Assembly (NCBI GenBank): GCA_030748895.1
Contig: JASMLC010000003.1
Location: 78,594 to 142,593, forward strand
From: Candidatus Poseidoniia archaeon
Lineage (GTDB): Archaea > Thermoplasmatota > Poseidoniia > MGIII > CG-Epi1
DNA length: 64,000 nucleotides
Direction: 5' to 3'
Part shown: positions 62,550 to 64,000 of the stretch, in pieces
Layout: each line of letters starts with the position of its first letter
Position numbering within the stretch: the stretch's first letter is position 1
Position numbers and translations under genes: made by a program
The notes under the pieces: model-generated
Told to the model about the DNA's origin: nothing
What the model saw: only the letters and a program-made list of their open reading frames with translations
Databases searched by the model: none

Positions 62550-63034
62550 CAGTCGCGCGCCAGTCCCTGCCGCGCCTCGTCCAGGAACGGCGCGACGTCG
62601 ACGCCCGCGTCGGCCGCCAGCAACAGCGCCTCGGTCGCGGGGCGAATGCCGTAATGCGCTTTCTGCCCCCGATTCACCTTGCGGATGACCTCGCGCTGCG
62701 ATTCGCCGGTCGCCTCCGCGACCGCGGCGACGACGCGATGGAACAGGTCGGGCGCCGCTTGGGTGGGCGGTGTTGCAGCGGCGGGCTCCGGCTCTTCGGC
62801 AGCGGCCTCGGGTGCCTCCGCCTCGGCCGGCGCGTCGCCCTCCGCGACGAGCCGCAGCTGTTCGCCCGCCTCCGCCAGCAGCCCGCTCGCGAGCGCCGCC
62901 TCGATAGCGTCGGCGGCAGCGGTGGGCGACATCAGGTGCAGCGAGAACGCCAGCTCCTGCACCAGCTCTTCGCGGCGCAGCTTTTCGGCGCCGCGGGAGC
63001 GGAAGGCGGCGGCGACCAGCTCGAGCTTAGCCAA
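62549..63034 (-). CDS. Hypothetical protein (Ala/Glu/Pro-rich linker, conserved C-terminal RKVNRGQKAHYGI region)
   Basis: ORF with ATGA overlap to tiaS. No family recognised with confidence. Confidence 0.45.
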   Translation of the reverse strand: MAKLELVAAAFRSRGAEKLRREELVQELAFSLHLMSPTAAADAIEAALASGLLAEAGEQLRLVAEGDAPAEAEAPEAAAEEPEPAAATPPTQAAPDLFHRVVAAVAEATGESQREVIRKVNRGQKAHYGIRPATEALLLAADAGVDVAPFLDEARQGLARD

Positions 63035-63599
63035 GGCGGAACACCTCGCCGGCCCAGTTCGGCGGATGGCCGTCGGCGAGCATCGCGACGTCGAGCCGCA
63101 CGCTGCCGGCGAGCCCGGCCGGGATGAAGGGGAAGCTGCCGTCGAGGCTGTTGACCATCACGCGCGGGACTTTGCGGCGCACTATCTGGCGCAGCAGCTC
63201 GACGATGTCACCGCGGAAATCGGCGTGCGCGGCGACCGGCTCTTCGGCCCAGTCAAGGCTCACCATCTCCAGCTCGGCGTAAGACAGGGCTTCGTCCAGC
63301 TCGCCCCAGCCGCGCAGCGACCGCAGCGGCACGATGACGCTGCCGCGGTCGGCCATGATGGCGTCGATGACGTCCTCGCCCCACGCCATCCCGGAGTCGA
63401 CCAGCGTCTCGCGCTTCGGGTTCAGCGGCATCGCGCCCGGTGCGGGGCGGTTCTTCAGGATGCCGCGCATATCCCACACCAGCAGCGGCTCCTCGCCGTC
63501 GAACTCGAGCGGGCCGTCGGCGCGGCCGGTCGCCAGCCGTTCGCCGTCCCACGCGACGCTGGCACGCCGGCCGCCGAGGTAAGCAATCGCGTCTGCCAC
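63027..63599 (-). CDS. Hypothetical protein
   Basis: 190-aa ORF with coding-like composition, overlapping the downstream gene by 8 nt. No motif recognised. Confidence 0.45.
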   Translation of the reverse strand: MADAIAYLGGRRASVAWDGERLATGRADGPLEFDGEEPLLVWDMRGILKNRPAPGAMPLNPKRETLVDSGMAWGEDVIDAIMADRGSVIVPLRSLRGWGELDEALSYAELEMVSLDWAEEPVAAHADFRGDIVELLRQIVRRKVPRVMVNSLDGSFPFIPAGLAGSVRLDVAMLADGHPPNWAGEVFRLG

Positions 63600-63688
63600 G
63601 GCGCGGCAGCGCTCCGCCGCTTTAGAGGCTCGCGCCAGCGTGCCGCCGTGCGGGGCGGCCTCGCCGGCGGCCTCAGCAAACCAGCATA

Positions 63689-64000
63689 CTACAGGTCGAG
63701 AATCACCCGCAGCCGCGCCGGCGGCCCCGGCGCGACCAGCAGGTCGTGGTACGAAATCGCCTTCACCTCGACGCCGTAGCCGTCGCGCTCCGCGTCCCAG
63801 ATGGCGCCGTGCAGCGTCGTCGCCAGCCGCCCCGACGCGAGCGTAACCTCGGCCGCGCCCGGCAGGAAGCCGTCGCCGTCGAACTCAACCAGCAGCCGCG
63901 ACAGGAAGCGCACCAGCAGCTGCTCGCGCGATTTTGCCTCGACCGTGAAAGCGCGCTGCCGCTCCGCAGGCGGCAGCGCGCTACCGGTTATGACTTCGAC
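63689..64000 (-). CDS. Archease (RtcB cofactor), C-terminal part. The 5' end lies beyond the window.
   Basis: LLVRFLSRLLVEFDGDGFL...TLHGAIWDAERDGYGVEVKAISYHDLLV...RVILDL matches the archease C-terminal consensus (LL..FL.ELL...., HG...GTEVKAVTYH.L.V). The frame stays open upstream to the window edge. Confidence 0.6.
   Translation of the reverse strand, partial: VEVITGSALPPAERQRAFTVEAKSREQLLVRFLSRLLVEFDGDGFLPGAAEVTLASGRLATTLHGAIWDAERDGYGVEVKAISYHDLLVAPGPPARLRVILDL

Noticed and set aside
1-64000. CRISPR arrays, transposases, integrases and phage genes
   Set aside because: No direct-repeat/spacer periodicity, IS-like terminal inverted repeats, or integrase/transposase motifs were seen on either strand. 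The lower-GC pilus locus and the adhesin 5' segment are the only compositional islands.

Overview
High-GC (about 65-70%) archaeal chromosomal segment. The organism is probably a member of the Thermoplasmatota, because the proteasome alpha subunit is near-identical at its N-terminus to Thermoplasma PsmA, and because leaderless TATA promoters and GGAGG/GGTG RBSs are both used. Coding density is very high and many genes overlap by ATGA/TAATG/TGATG start-stop arrangements.

Main content:
- the classical archaeal exosome/proteasome superoperon: psmA-SBDS-rrp4-rrp41-rrp42-L37ae-rpoP-pcc1-pfdB-DHH-prsW.
- two intron-containing or plain tRNA genes: tRNA-Tyr(GTA) with a 37/38 intron, and tRNA-Arg(TCG).
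- a histidine ammonia-lyase / L-lysine 6-aminotransferase pair with TPR proteins.
- a cluster of very large acidic surface proteins (PKD, CARDB, FN3-like, reeler-like modules). One of these (27940-31917) is a compositional mosaic, with about 2.3 kb of low-GC 5' sequence fused to a high-GC 3' part.
- a minus-strand Tad-like archaeal type IV pilus locus (37851-44492) with five class-III-signal pilins, a split FlaJ (TadB/TadC-like) and a FlaI ATPase carrying long charged extensions.
- housekeeping genes: pyrG, trxB, trmI, S15, RecJ-like, nth, cca, tiaS, a partial archease gene (truncated by the window end), and dCMP deaminase.
- an eight-gene, tightly coupled operon (49825-55751) encoding a reeler-like exported protein, a Tat-Rieske protein, a split cytochrome b whose C-terminal half is fused to a 2x[4Fe-4S] ferredoxin, an HdrB-like CCG-domain protein, a polyferredoxin and small membrane subunits. 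This is a Rieske/cyt b complex joined to an HdrD/HdrE-like module, and it is the most unusual system in the window.

No CRISPR arrays, transposases or integrases were seen. Most other six-frame ORFs are antisense or out-of-frame artefacts of the high GC content.
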